Below are positions 1-8,714 of a DNA stretch of 64,000 bases, in pieces. Source of the DNA: Lachnospiraceae bacterium (GTDB taxonomy: Bacteria > Bacillota > Clostridia > Lachnospirales > Lachnospiraceae); contig JAFTAU010000038.1 in NCBI GenBank assembly GCA_017455435.1, positions 2,284 through 66,283 on the forward strand, written 5' to 3'. The notes under the pieces were generated by a model, which had not been told where the DNA came from, did no database searches, and saw only the letters and a program-made list of their open reading frames with translations. Positions within the stretch are counted from its first letter, which is position 1; each line of letters starts with the position of its first letter. Position numbers and translations under genes: made by a program.

Positions 1-606
1 TCTCTCGCGGACGGCCTTATGAAACGGGACTTGACCGCGGTTGCCGCGCTGATGGAGGCGCTGGTTATCGTAGGCGTCATGATGAGCTTTGCCGGCTCGT
101 CGCGCCCCGCGTCCGGTTCAGAGCATCATCTTTCCCACTTCTTCGAGATAACCGGCATCCTGGATGATGCGCCTTATTTCCCTCACGGTATCGACGTGGG
201 CTATGCCACCGTCATAACCGCCGGCATTCGCGAAAAGCTTCTTTCCGCACCATTTCCGACGCAGCGCTTCGTTGCCGGGCAGGATGAATACGAAAAGGAA
301 ATCCGCCGCGTTTACACCGCTTCCGCGGACGGCTGCATCGCGCTCCAGAAAAAGGTGGGCAATTATGACAAGGACAGAACCGGCATTTACCTCGAAAAAG
401 AAGAGGAAATCCGCAGCATCCTCGCCGAAATGCCATCCGCGGCCGAAACCGAAAAAATCCTTGCCGCGGCCGGATACGACATAAAAGAGTTTTATGACCT
501 TTACGGGGAGAAAAAGATCTGCGACGCCGTGAAATGGGCAAAGGATCTGAAGGATCGCTATACCGTTTTGTGGGTCAATTACGATTTGTACAAAGGGGAG
601 ATGTAA
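1..606 (+). CDS. 3' part of an iron-dependent dehydrogenase of the glycerol-1-phosphate dehydrogenase (AraM/EgsA) / DHQS-like fold; 5' end lies outside the window
   Basis: Frame 1 is open from base 1, so track ORF 19..606 begins at an internal Met. The stretch GSEHHLSHFFE...PHG..VG resembles the metal/substrate-site region of G1PDH-type enzymes. TAA stop at 604-606. Confidence 0.5.
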   Translation, partial: SLADGLMKRDLTAVAALMEALVIVGVMMSFAGSSRPASGSEHHLSHFFEITGILDDAPYFPHGIDVGYATVITAGIREKLLSAPFPTQRFVAGQDEYEKEIRRVYTASADGCIALQKKVGNYDKDRTGIYLEKEEEIRSILAEMPSAAETEKILAAAGYDIKEFYDLYGEKKICDAVKWAKDLKDRYTVLWVNYDLYKGEM

Positions 607-667
607 TGAAAGAATTTGACGTCAAAAAAATCCGCGTCGCGCCGCTTTTGAAATAGACTCACTCTAA

Positions 668-687
668 AACTTTCTAAAAAGAAAGTT
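668..687. promoter_or_regulatory. Palindrome AACTTTC-N6-GAAAGTT; candidate operator upstream of the gene at 780
   Basis: Perfect 7-bp arms read directly, located ~30 bp upstream of a -35 box. The ACTTTCT core recurs at the divergent promoters near 4.7 kb. Confidence 0.3.
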
Positions 688-714
688 ATATTTTGCCCAA
701 CAGAAAATTTAGTG

Positions 715-742
715 TTGACAAATAGTACGGTTAGGATAAAAT
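715..742 (+). promoter_or_regulatory. Sigma-70-type promoter, TTGACA-16 bp-TAAAAT
   Basis: TTGACA at 715-720 and TAAAAT at 737-742, ~40 bp upstream of the AGGAGG RBS and ATG at 780. Confidence 0.45.
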
Positions 743-779
743 AATTCTTGGTTGTAAAAACATATCAGGAGGTTTTGAA

Positions 780-1751
780 ATGAAAGACTTTATCATTGAT
801 CCCGCAACAGGATTTTCCTTTAACCCTTCGGATTTCGTTCCTTTTAAGGATCGCGAGGTCTGCGAGCGTGTCCGCAAGATCAGCGGCACCGATCTCGAAA
901 AGCGCGAGACCTGGTGGCATCCGGAATTCAACGTAAAGGTTATGATGAATCCTCATCCCGTACTTATCGCCACGCTTTTCTCGCGCCTCAAGGCCGCGTC
1001 TGAGGCCGGCAGAAAATTCACCATGATCCTTGGCAACCCGGAGCCCGATACCTATATTCCGCTGGCTCAGCTTATCAACTATTTCAAAGTTGACTGTTCA
1101 AAGGTCCACATCTTCGCGGAGGATGAATGGGCTGACGACCAGGGCAATATCGCTCCCCTCACCTACGAGGCCGGCTTCGTTCACTCCATGATCAAGTATC
1201 TCGTATATCAGATCGACCCGAAGCTCCGTATGCCCATGGAAAACGTTCACTTCCCTACCAACGAAAACATCAATGATTATTCAAAAATCATCAATGACAT
1301 TTCCGAAGGCGGCGCGGACATTATCTCCACGTCACCCGGCTGGACAGGTCATGTAGCTTTCGTGGATCCCATTCCGGAATTTATCGGCAGCGGAGACATT
1401 GAGGAATGGCTTAACAAGCCCGCTCAGATAGTCAAACTTCATCCCATGACCATCCTTCAGAACTCGCTCAACGGCACATTCGGACAGTCCGGCGACATCG
1501 CCAACGTTCCTCCGAAAGCCGCCACTATCGGCCCCATCGACGTAATGCGCGCCAAAGAGCGTATTGAGGTTCACGCGCTCAATACCTGCGGTACTTTCTC
1601 GTCATGGCAAAGAATGACGTCCCGTCTTGTTACTCACGGCCCCGTCACCCCGCTGGTTCCCAGCTCTATGCTCCAGACCAAGCCCACACAGGTTTATATC
1701 AGCGAAGAATTGGCAGCTCCTTTCGAGTGCTGGGAAAAGGTCGGATATTAA
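780..1751 (+). CDS. Glucosamine-6-phosphate deaminase / 6-phosphogluconolactonase superfamily protein (NagB-like, long form, 323 aa)
   Basis: AGGAGG RBS. Pattern F.MILG.P....Y..L......V..SKVH.F..DEW...G ... GAD....S.G..GHVAF.DP parallels the NagB signature (F..DEY ... G.G.DGH.AFNEP). Confidence 0.65.
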   Translation: MKDFIIDPATGFSFNPSDFVPFKDREVCERVRKISGTDLEKRETWWHPEFNVKVMMNPHPVLIATLFSRLKAASEAGRKFTMILGNPEPDTYIPLAQLINYFKVDCSKVHIFAEDEWADDQGNIAPLTYEAGFVHSMIKYLVYQIDPKLRMPMENVHFPTNENINDYSKIINDISEGGADIISTSPGWTGHVAFVDPIPEFIGSGDIEEWLNKPAQIVKLHPMTILQNSLNGTFGQSGDIANVPPKAATIGPIDVMRAKERIEVHALNTCGTFSSWQRMTSRLVTHGPVTPLVPSSMLQTKPTQVYISEELAAPFECWEKVGY

Positions 1752-1767
1752 TTATTTGCTCCTCAAA

Positions 1768-1795
1768 GGACCGGTTTACCGCCGGTTCTTTTTTT
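1768..1795 (+). terminator. Rho-independent terminator between convergent genes
   Basis: Stem GGACCGG/CCGGTTC with a 7-nt loop, followed by a run of 7 T (1789-1795). Confidence 0.6.
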
Positions 1796-1823
1796 GTGTT
1801 AGAAAAAGGGAGTTTTATAGAAT

Positions 1824-3278
1824 TCAGATGGAGAGCGCGGCGTCGTAGAGACGGGAAAAACGCGCGTATTTTTCGTCATAACTATAGCGGGGCTCGTAAC
1901 GCGCTTTGAAACGGACGCAGAGAGAGGCAGCCTCTTCAAGAGACTTATAGGAACCGCTGCCGACGGCGGCAATCATGGCCGCGCCGAGGCACGCAGCCTC
2001 GCTTTCCTCGGGAACCAGAACCGGAAGTCCTGTGATATCAGCCTGAATCTGACACCATAACTCGCTTTTGGCTCCGCCGCCGGTGGCGATGATGGAATCG
2101 ACCACTGTGCCGGCTTTTTTTATTGCTTCGCAGTTTTTGCGAAGAACAAAGGCCACGCCCTCCATAACGGCGCGCGCCATATCGAATGCGTCGTGCTCCT
2201 GCCTGAGTCCGTGGAATACTCCGCTGGCTCCGGCCTCAAATTCCGGCGCGTTGGTGCCCACGATATAAGGAAGAAAAATGATGTCGGTGCGGGGACGCTC
2301 ATTCAGAACCGCGTTCAGTTTGTCATAGCCGACGCCGGGCATGCAGGTACGTCTGAACCATTCCAGACTGACGCCGCCGCTTTCCGCCACGGGCAACATC
2401 ACACGCGTGTCGGGCAAAAAACCGTAGTGCATTGCGATCTTTCCGCCGTGTCCGGAGTCCCCGCGGGTCATTACCGCCAGAGCCATTACAGTACCGGTGG
2501 AGAGTGTGACGCGTCCGGGAGAAATATTGCCCGTACCTATCATACCGGCGAAATGGTCCAGAGTGCCGGTATTTATCGCGGCGCCCCGGTTTATTCCTGT
2601 CAGCGCGGCGGCTTCCTCGGTCAGGCTTCCGGCCACAGTACACGGCTCGACGAGCTGCGGAAGCTGCGCCGTACTGATTCCTATGGCGTTCAGCATTTTC
2701 TGCCAGTAGCTTTTTTTATAAATGTCAAAATACAGACTGAATGTCGCGATCGACATATCGGCGCAGAGCCTTCCGGTGAGCCTGTATGTGACGTAGTCCT
2801 TTAATAATACAAAATACGCCGTCCGGGGGAAAATATCGGGACGGTTTTTCTTTAACCACAGGATCTTGGTCGCGGGCCAGATGGGAAGCATGGAAAGCTG
2901 ACCGGTAACGCCTCTGACGGTTTCCGGAGAAAAAAGCTCGGAAAGCTGTTCGCACTCGCTGACCGATCTCTCGTCCATCCAGGAGATGGCGTTCATAAGC
3001 GGGCGCATGTCAGCGCCCAGGCATACCAGCGTTTCCGCCTGTCCGGTCAGGGCGATTTGCTTTATGTTGGCGCCGCTCCCCGCTTCACTGACAATATCAC
3101 GCAGCAACCCGGCGAGGCGCTCAAAGACCGCTTCGGCGTCAAATTCTACCGTATCGCCGCCGCGGATATAATCAACGGGCGTCGATTTAAAAGCAACGCG
3201 CCGCATACCTGAGTTGTACGCGGCTGCTTTGATGTTTGTGGAACCAAGATCTATTCCTATGTAAGTCGGTGCGCTCAT
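1824..3278 (-). CDS. FGGY-family carbohydrate kinase (xylulokinase/glycerol-kinase-like)
   Basis: N-terminal YIGIDLGSTNIKA and C-terminal ATGGGAKS..W.QI.AD. The 484-aa length is typical of FGGY kinases. Its start overlaps the DeoR stop (ATGA). Confidence 0.85.
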   Translation of the reverse strand: MSAPTYIGIDLGSTNIKAAAYNSGMRRVAFKSTPVDYIRGGDTVEFDAEAVFERLAGLLRDIVSEAGSGANIKQIALTGQAETLVCLGADMRPLMNAISWMDERSVSECEQLSELFSPETVRGVTGQLSMLPIWPATKILWLKKNRPDIFPRTAYFVLLKDYVTYRLTGRLCADMSIATFSLYFDIYKKSYWQKMLNAIGISTAQLPQLVEPCTVAGSLTEEAAALTGINRGAAINTGTLDHFAGMIGTGNISPGRVTLSTGTVMALAVMTRGDSGHGGKIAMHYGFLPDTRVMLPVAESGGVSLEWFRRTCMPGVGYDKLNAVLNERPRTDIIFLPYIVGTNAPEFEAGASGVFHGLRQEHDAFDMARAVMEGVAFVLRKNCEAIKKAGTVVDSIIATGGGAKSELWCQIQADITGLPVLVPEESEAACLGAAMIAAVGSGSYKSLEEAASLCVRFKARYEPRYSYDEKYARFSRLYDAALSI

Positions 3279-4045
3279 GCCAAAGTCACTTTCATTCCGG
3301 TCTGTCTCAGGGCGTCCGTTTCCGCGCGGTCGGCGCGCTCATCGGTAATGAGGCTGAGCTTGCCGTCGTTTACTTCGCAGACCTTTGAAAAGCCTGCCGT
3401 TCCGACCTTTGAATGGTCGGCGGCAATGATAACCTGTTTTGAAGCCGCTATCATCATGCGGTCAATAATGGCTTCCTCGGCGTGGCAGGTGGTAATGCCT
3501 CCATTCGTGCTGATGCCGTCTATGGACAGGATTGACCAATCGGCTTTGTAGTGGGAGAGCTGCTCCTGCGCATCGCTTCCGTAGGTGAAATTGAAGGTGG
3601 AATTGAGTTCTCCGCCGAGCAGCAGCACGCGGAAGCCGGGAGTATTGTTAAGGATCTTCGCAACGTCAAAAGCGTTCGTGACCACATTCAGAAATTTCTT
3701 TTTCTGAAGAGCTCTGGCTGCCTCTACGCAGGTGGAACCCGAATTGATAAAGATGGTATCGCCGTCTTTTATTATTTCGGACAGAACTTCGGCAATGCGC
3801 CTCTTTTCGGCCTGGTTTTTGATGTGCATATAATCGGACGGATTAGCGGCGACAGAAAGAACCGCGCCTCCGGAAACCCTCGCGAGCTGACCGGCCTCGT
3901 TCATGGAATCGAGGTCTTTTCTGATAGTGACGACAGTCACACCGAGAAGTTCGCTCAGCTCCGCGACGGAAACCTTTCCGTGCTCCTGAAGTATTGTGAG
4001 AATTTTCTCGCGCCTTGAATCAATCTTCGTTTTTCTGCTGCCCAT
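3275..4045 (-). CDS. DeoR-family transcriptional regulator
   Basis: N-terminal HTH (RREKILTILQEHGKVSVAELSELLGVTVVTIRKDL) plus a C-terminal DeoR sugar-phosphate-binding domain. Start chosen at Met 4045 (MGSRK) because the longer track ORF (to 4126) would overlap the upstream SIS gene. Confidence 0.85.
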   Translation of the reverse strand: MGSRKTKIDSRREKILTILQEHGKVSVAELSELLGVTVVTIRKDLDSMNEAGQLARVSGGAVLSVAANPSDYMHIKNQAEKRRIAEVLSEIIKDGDTIFINSGSTCVEAARALQKKKFLNVVTNAFDVAKILNNTPGFRVLLLGGELNSTFNFTYGSDAQEQLSHYKADWSILSIDGISTNGGITTCHAEEAIIDRMMIAASKQVIIAADHSKVGTAGFSKVCEVNDGKLSLITDERADRAETDALRQTGMKVTLA

Positions 4046-4061
4046 GGTATTTATTCCCTTA

Positions 4062-4658
4062 TTATTTATTGAGTCTCTTTCCGACTGCGCCTCCGGGATG
4101 AATAAGAGCGAAATCTTCTTTTTCATATCCCGTCTCCTCCATCAGCGCCGCCTGGAGTGCGTGAAAAACCGCACACGCCGCGGTAGTGCTTGTGGTCCCC
4201 TGAACATTATACTTGTCAGTTTCACGATTTACAAGAAACTTTATCAGAACGTCAGCTCTGCGCGCAAGCTCCGAATCAGTGTTTTCAGTAACAGTGATGA
4301 TTTTGACTCTTTTTTTTTCGCAGATGTCGGCGATGGGTATCAGCTCGCTTGTTCCGCCGCCGCGGGAGAGCAGCAACATCACGTCTCCTTTTTTTAAAAA
4401 TCCCATGCCGCCGTGGACGGCCTCCGCGGGGCTGATAAACTTTGCCGGTCTCTCCGCGCAGCACATCAGATGAGCAAAATGCATACAGGCAATGCCCGAA
4501 TGTCCGCAACCCGACGCGCCTATGCGCTCCGCGTTCTTCAACAGTTCCACCGCCGCCGAAAAACTGTCCCGGTCTATTGCGCCCTTTAGCGCGGAGAGGC
4601 ATTCCGCCTCAGTATCGAATGCCGCCAGGGCCATATTATAAGCATTATCGGATATCAT
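4062..4658 (-). CDS. SIS-domain phosphosugar isomerase (single SIS domain, 6-phospho-3-hexuloisomerase/KpsF-like size)
   Basis: Motif GASGCGHSG ... VMLLLSRGGGTSE ... KIITVTEN is the typical SIS nucleotide-like fold. GGAGGA RBS upstream of the ATG at 4658. Confidence 0.75.
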   Translation of the reverse strand: MISDNAYNMALAAFDTEAECLSALKGAIDRDSFSAAVELLKNAERIGASGCGHSGIACMHFAHLMCCAERPAKFISPAEAVHGGMGFLKKGDVMLLLSRGGGTSELIPIADICEKKRVKIITVTENTDSELARRADVLIKFLVNRETDKYNVQGTTSTTAACAVFHALQAALMEETGYEKEDFALIHPGGAVGKRLNK

Positions 4659-4687
4659 ATTTTTTCCTCCACTTGTAGTATAAATTT

Positions 4688-4790
4688 TTCCAAAAAGAAA
4701 GTCAAGTAATTATTTAGCTTTTTGAAAATGAATGTTTCAGATTGTTTTTAAGAAAAAAACATTGACTTTCTTTCTAAAAAAAACTATCAT
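4688..4790. promoter_or_regulatory. Divergent promoter region with two inverted copies of TTGACTTTCTTT
   Basis: Plus strand: TTGACT (4763-4768)-16 bp-TATCAT (4785-4790). Minus strand: TTGACT-17 bp-TATACT upstream of the SIS gene. The same 12-mer TTGACTTTCTTT occurs once on each strand (4694-4705 reverse, 4763-4774 forward). Confidence 0.45.
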
Positions 4791-4817
4791 AAATGAAAAA
4801 TAACACGGAGTATAAAA

Positions 4818-5516
4818 ATGAATATAAAACCGCCTTTTTTTGAGATAGGACCAAAATCCTATTTGTACGGAGATGATATACTGGAATTGGCTCTTGCGGC
4901 AGACAAAGCCAGCAAAAAATACGGCGTAGACATTATCTTTACGACCCCCGTTGTAGACATCAGGCGCGTGGCGCAGGAAACAGAGCGCCTTCATGTTTTC
5001 GCGCCCCACATGGACCCCATTTACCCCGGACGTGGGCTCGCGGATATTCTGCCCGAGAGTCTCGTGGCTGCCGGAGCGGAGGGCGTAATGCTCAACCACA
5101 CCGAAAAACCTCTTTCATACGAGGTTCTCTCAGAGACTGTCAAACGCGCAAAAGAGGTGGGGCTGACCACTATCGTTTGCGCGGATTCCGCCCGCGAAGC
5201 CGCGAGTATTGCCCGGCTGAAACCCGATATTATAGTGGCGGAGCCGTCGGAACTTATCGGCACCGGCGTCAGCGTAGGGGAAGAATATGTAGCCGCAGCC
5301 ATGGACGCGGTACATAACGTGGATTCGGATATTTTAGTCCTGACAGCCGCGGGTATAGCGGGCGGGCAGGATGTTTTTGACGTAATAGCCGCCGGAGCCG
5401 ACGCAACAGGCTCCTCGTCCGGCGTGGCAAAGGCGGAGGACAGAGCCGCCATGGTAGATGAAATGATTTCCGCTGTCCGCGAAGCATGGGATATGCGGTA
5501 TCCTGAAGGAGGATAA
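4818..5516 (+). CDS. Triosephosphate-isomerase-family protein (short, archaeal-type TIM-like)
   Basis: Motifs MLNHTEKP (compare NHSE) and AEPSELIGTG (compare EPPELIGTG) in a 232-aa protein. Confidence 0.7.
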   Translation: MNIKPPFFEIGPKSYLYGDDILELALAADKASKKYGVDIIFTTPVVDIRRVAQETERLHVFAPHMDPIYPGRGLADILPESLVAAGAEGVMLNHTEKPLSYEVLSETVKRAKEVGLTTIVCADSAREAASIARLKPDIIVAEPSELIGTGVSVGEEYVAAAMDAVHNVDSDILVLTAAGIAGGQDVFDVIAAGADATGSSSGVAKAEDRAAMVDEMISAVREAWDMRYPEGG

Positions 5517-5523
5517 TAAAAAA

Positions 5524-6144
5524 ATGGAATTCAAGGTTTTTCAAAAAGAACTCGAGCTGCAGAGCAGGGGCTGGATCCCCACTTTCCACGACGTCTCAAA
5601 AGAGGTTATGGAGATAGTCGCTGCGTCCGGTGTCAAAAACGGCACAGTCACTATCGCGTCGCACCACACCACCTGCTCGGTCATGATACAGGAGTGCAGC
5701 CACGATCTGGATTCTTTCGATCTGGAATACCTGCAGCACGACCTGCTGGATATCATGAGGGATCTTATTCCGGATTACCGCGAGGAGGGCGACTATCGTC
5801 ATCCCGGCCCCGTTCACGCGCAGTTCGGCAGATATGTGGACGAGCCCGGCAACTATACCAGCATGAACACGGACGGCCACCTTCGCTCGGTATTCTTCGG
5901 ACGCAGTGAGACCATGACCATAAAGGACGGAGTGCTGGACGGCGGCGAATTCGCCCACATCTATTTCGTTGACTGGGATCAGGTCAGGGCCCGTCACCGT
6001 CAGCTCAATATTACCGTTATGGGTACCACGGACGACGTGGGAGACCGCAAGTGGAACGACGGAGAAACCATCAATACGCTCCGCAAATTCACCGAAGAAG
6101 AAAAGGCATACGACAGACGCTACACTCTTCAGCAGGAGAGATAA
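5524..6144 (+). CDS. YjbQ/UPF0047-family protein (secondary thiamine-phosphate synthase fold) with a C-terminal extension
   Basis: The stretch NGTVTIASHHTTCSVMIQE...D...DL is the YjbQ signature region. Strong GAAGGAGG RBS. Confidence 0.7.
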   Translation: MEFKVFQKELELQSRGWIPTFHDVSKEVMEIVAASGVKNGTVTIASHHTTCSVMIQECSHDLDSFDLEYLQHDLLDIMRDLIPDYREEGDYRHPGPVHAQFGRYVDEPGNYTSMNTDGHLRSVFFGRSETMTIKDGVLDGGEFAHIYFVDWDQVRARHRQLNITVMGTTDDVGDRKWNDGETINTLRKFTEEEKAYDRRYTLQQER

Positions 6145-6183
6145 GGACTGCGTCACGAAAGGAAATTTATCGGAGAGAATAAT

Positions 6184-6861
6184 ATGAGACTGATTATAGA
6201 CAATGCCAATGTTTCCGACATCAAGAGGCTTTATGACGTTTATCCCATCGACGGAGTGACCACAAATCCTTCTATACTTGCAAAAACAGGCAGAAAGCCT
6301 TATGATGTACTGAAAGCTATCAGAGAGCTCGTCGGACCTGACGGAGAGCTTCACGCCCAGGCGATATCCCGCAAGGCTGAGGACATCATCCGCGAGGCGG
6401 AGTTCATCCGCGAAAAGCTCGGAAGCGCTACTTATATTAAGATTCCCGCCATTCCGGAGGGTATTAAAGCTATTAAAGAGCTCTCAAAGGTCGGATGCCG
6501 CATTACCGCAACCGCGGTTTATACCCCTCTGCAGGCGCTGGTGGCCGCAAAGGCCGGAGCCGATTATGTGGCTCCGTACGTAAACCGCATTGACAATCTC
6601 GGCGGCAGCGGCGTAGAGACGGTCGGTGAGATTAAAGAGATCTTTGAAAACAACGGAATAAAAACAATGATTCTCGCCGCGAGCTTCAAAAATGCGAATC
6701 AGGTAAAAGAGATCTGTCGAATGGGCATCGACGCCGTCACGCTCCAGCCGGAGCTGATAGACTCGCTTCTCAAAAACGATTCCGTAGAAGCCGCCGTAGA
6801 CAGATTCATTTCGGATTTTGAGGTTCTCTGTGGTTCCGGAGCTACCATGATCCAGAACTGA
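6184..6861 (+). CDS. Fructose-6-phosphate aldolase / short transaldolase (TalC/FSA family)
   Basis: Motifs DGVTTNPSIL, ATYIKIPA and ITATAVY.. in a 225-aa protein, which is the typical FSA/TalC class. Confidence 0.85.
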   Translation: MRLIIDNANVSDIKRLYDVYPIDGVTTNPSILAKTGRKPYDVLKAIRELVGPDGELHAQAISRKAEDIIREAEFIREKLGSATYIKIPAIPEGIKAIKELSKVGCRITATAVYTPLQALVAAKAGADYVAPYVNRIDNLGGSGVETVGEIKEIFENNGIKTMILAASFKNANQVKEICRMGIDAVTLQPELIDSLLKNDSVEAAVDRFISDFEVLCGSGATMIQN

Positions 6862-6958
6862 AGGCCCGCTTCACAGGGAGACAGAGGACGTGGAGACAGG
6901 GGACGAAACAGTGTCTCCTGTCTTCTTTTTAACAAACAAATAACAGGAGTATAAATAT

Positions 6959-8101
6959 ATGAAAGCTATTATCAACGCGACACTCGTCATGAAGGATCAT
7001 CTGATCTGCGACGCGTGTATTTTATTTGAAAACGGTGTTATCGTCGATTTCGGCGAGATGTGCAGCCTCTCAATTCCGGAGGGAGCGGAGATAATCGACG
7101 CGCAGGGGCTCTTTGTCGGTCCGGGTCTTGTGGACATTCATAATCACGCCGGCGGCGGAAAGTGGTTCTTTGAGGATCCGGAGTATGCCGCTCGCGCCAA
7201 TCTGCTTCACGGCACGACCACAGTTCTGGCCTGTCTTTATTTTGATATGAATAGGGACGAGCTGGTAGAGAGCGCCGCGCGCATAAAGGCCGTGATGAAT
7301 ACTCCGGCCGGAGCCAACATCGCCGGCTTTTATATGGAAGCCCCGTACATGAATCCCAAATTCGGTGCGAACCGCGAGCAGAATCCCTGGCGCGGCCCCA
7401 TCCGTGCCGAGGACTACATGCCCGTCATCGAGGCTGTCGGCGACGACGTGAGAGTCTGGGTGCTCGCCCCCGAAAGAGAGAATATCGAACAGTTTGTAAA
7501 GGATGCCAAAAAGCGCAATCCGAACGTCCGCTTTTCCGTGGGACACAGCGAGGCGAGCCCGCAGCAGATTGAGGCGCTCATGCCTTACGGTCTCTGTATC
7601 GGAACCCACCACACCAACGCCACCGGAGACCGCATTTTTTATCCCGAGGTCCGCGGCGTTTGTGTGGATGAAACGGTCAATTACAACCGCGACATCTACG
7701 CGGAGCTTATCTGCGACAGCCGCGGCATCCATGTGGATCCCTATATGCTGCGTCTGGTACGCAAGATTAAGGGCGACGACAGGATTATCCTCATTACCGA
7801 TTCCTGCGTATTTGACGGACCCATCCCGCCCGGATATGACGGCGTGACGGATATCAATTTTGACCATGAGGGCGAAATCGCCGGCTCAAAGCTGTCTCTC
7901 GAGATAGCCTGCCGCAATATGATGAAGCACACCGGAGCGTCTATCGTCGATGTGTTTAAGTTTGCGTCGACGAACCCCAGCAATGTTCTGGGCTTAAAAG
8001 ACAGGGGTCTGATAGAAAAAGGCCGCCGCGCGGATCTTATCATCACGGATCATTGGATGAACGTCAAAAAAGTTTTGTTCAAAGGGGAAGAGGTCTCTTG
8101 A
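6959..8101 (+). CDS. Amidohydrolase, N-acetylglucosamine-6-phosphate deacetylase (NagA)-like
   Basis: GLVDIHNHAGGG metal motif, 380 aa, and C-terminal GLIEKGRRADLII as in NagA-type amidohydrolases. Confidence 0.7.
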   Translation: MKAIINATLVMKDHLICDACILFENGVIVDFGEMCSLSIPEGAEIIDAQGLFVGPGLVDIHNHAGGGKWFFEDPEYAARANLLHGTTTVLACLYFDMNRDELVESAARIKAVMNTPAGANIAGFYMEAPYMNPKFGANREQNPWRGPIRAEDYMPVIEAVGDDVRVWVLAPERENIEQFVKDAKKRNPNVRFSVGHSEASPQQIEALMPYGLCIGTHHTNATGDRIFYPEVRGVCVDETVNYNRDIYAELICDSRGIHVDPYMLRLVRKIKGDDRIILITDSCVFDGPIPPGYDGVTDINFDHEGEIAGSKLSLEIACRNMMKHTGASIVDVFKFASTNPSNVLGLKDRGLIEKGRRADLIITDHWMNVKKVLFKGEEVS

Positions 8102-8709
8102 AAAGATATTGTGCAAAAAAGGTGACGGGCACTCCTGATTGGGAGGATTGTCCGAGTGCTTTTCTCGAGGAAAAATATCGTTTGACGCCGCCCGGGACCG
8201 GCGCCGAAGCTCAGCTCGCCTGGACGGACGACAAGCTGCTGGTTCATCTGAGGGCTTACGTCAGTGAAATCCGCGCGGAGGAAAAGGGTCCTACGGGTTC
8301 GCCCTGCGAGGACAGCTGTCTGGAGTTCTTTTTCTGCCCGGTTCCCGGCGACGGGCGTTATTTTAATATAGAGTTTAATTTTAACGGTTGTGTGTATCTG
8401 GGTTTCGCGAGCGGTCTTTCCAATCTGGTAAGGCTCCTCCCGGAGGGCGGCATCGAGCAGATTTTCCATCCTGAGATCAAAAGGACTCCGGATGGGTGGG
8501 AAATCTTTTACGAGATTCCGTTTGATTTTATCCGCAGGTTTTTGCCGGAGACGAGACCCGCCGCAGGCAATGTAATCAAGGCTAATTTTTACGCCTGCTC
8601 CGATTTGTCCAATCCCCCCTACTACATTTCGTGGAGCCCGGTCCGGTCGGAGAGATTTACCTTCCACAACACCGACAACTTCGGGGAAGTGGTTTTCGAG
8701 ACAGATTAA
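8098..8709 (+). CDS. Carbohydrate-binding family 9-like (CBM9/DOMON-like) protein with no signal peptide
   Basis: Pattern W.DDKLLVHL.A...........DSCLEFF..P......YFNIE.N ... F....FG.VVF. The start is uncertain: TTG at 8098 overlaps the NagA-like stop, and the track ORF starts at 8053 inside the upstream gene. Confidence 0.5.
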   Translation: MKRYCAKKVTGTPDWEDCPSAFLEEKYRLTPPGTGAEAQLAWTDDKLLVHLRAYVSEIRAEEKGPTGSPCEDSCLEFFFCPVPGDGRYFNIEFNFNGCVYLGFASGLSNLVRLLPEGGIEQIFHPEIKRTPDGWEIFYEIPFDFIRRFLPETRPAAGNVIKANFYACSDLSNPPYYISWSPVRSERFTFHNTDNFGEVVFETD

Positions 8710-8714
8710 TTTTA

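Noticed and set aside
605-655. Tiny ORF MKEFDVKKIRVAPLLK overlapping the stop of the first gene as a leader peptide
   Set aside because: It is only 16 codons, with no convincing RBS or attenuator structure downstream. It cannot be distinguished from chance.
780-8709. Assigning the sugar cluster to sulfoquinovose (sulfo-transaldolase) or erythritol catabolism
   Set aside because: Only partial resemblance. There is no GH31 sulfoquinovosidase, sulfolactaldehyde dehydrogenase/reductase or exporter. For erythritol there is no EryB/EryC-type dehydrogenase or racemase. The comB-like phosphatase at 19106 is 10 kb away and unlinked. These were left as hypotheses inside the finding, not as calls.
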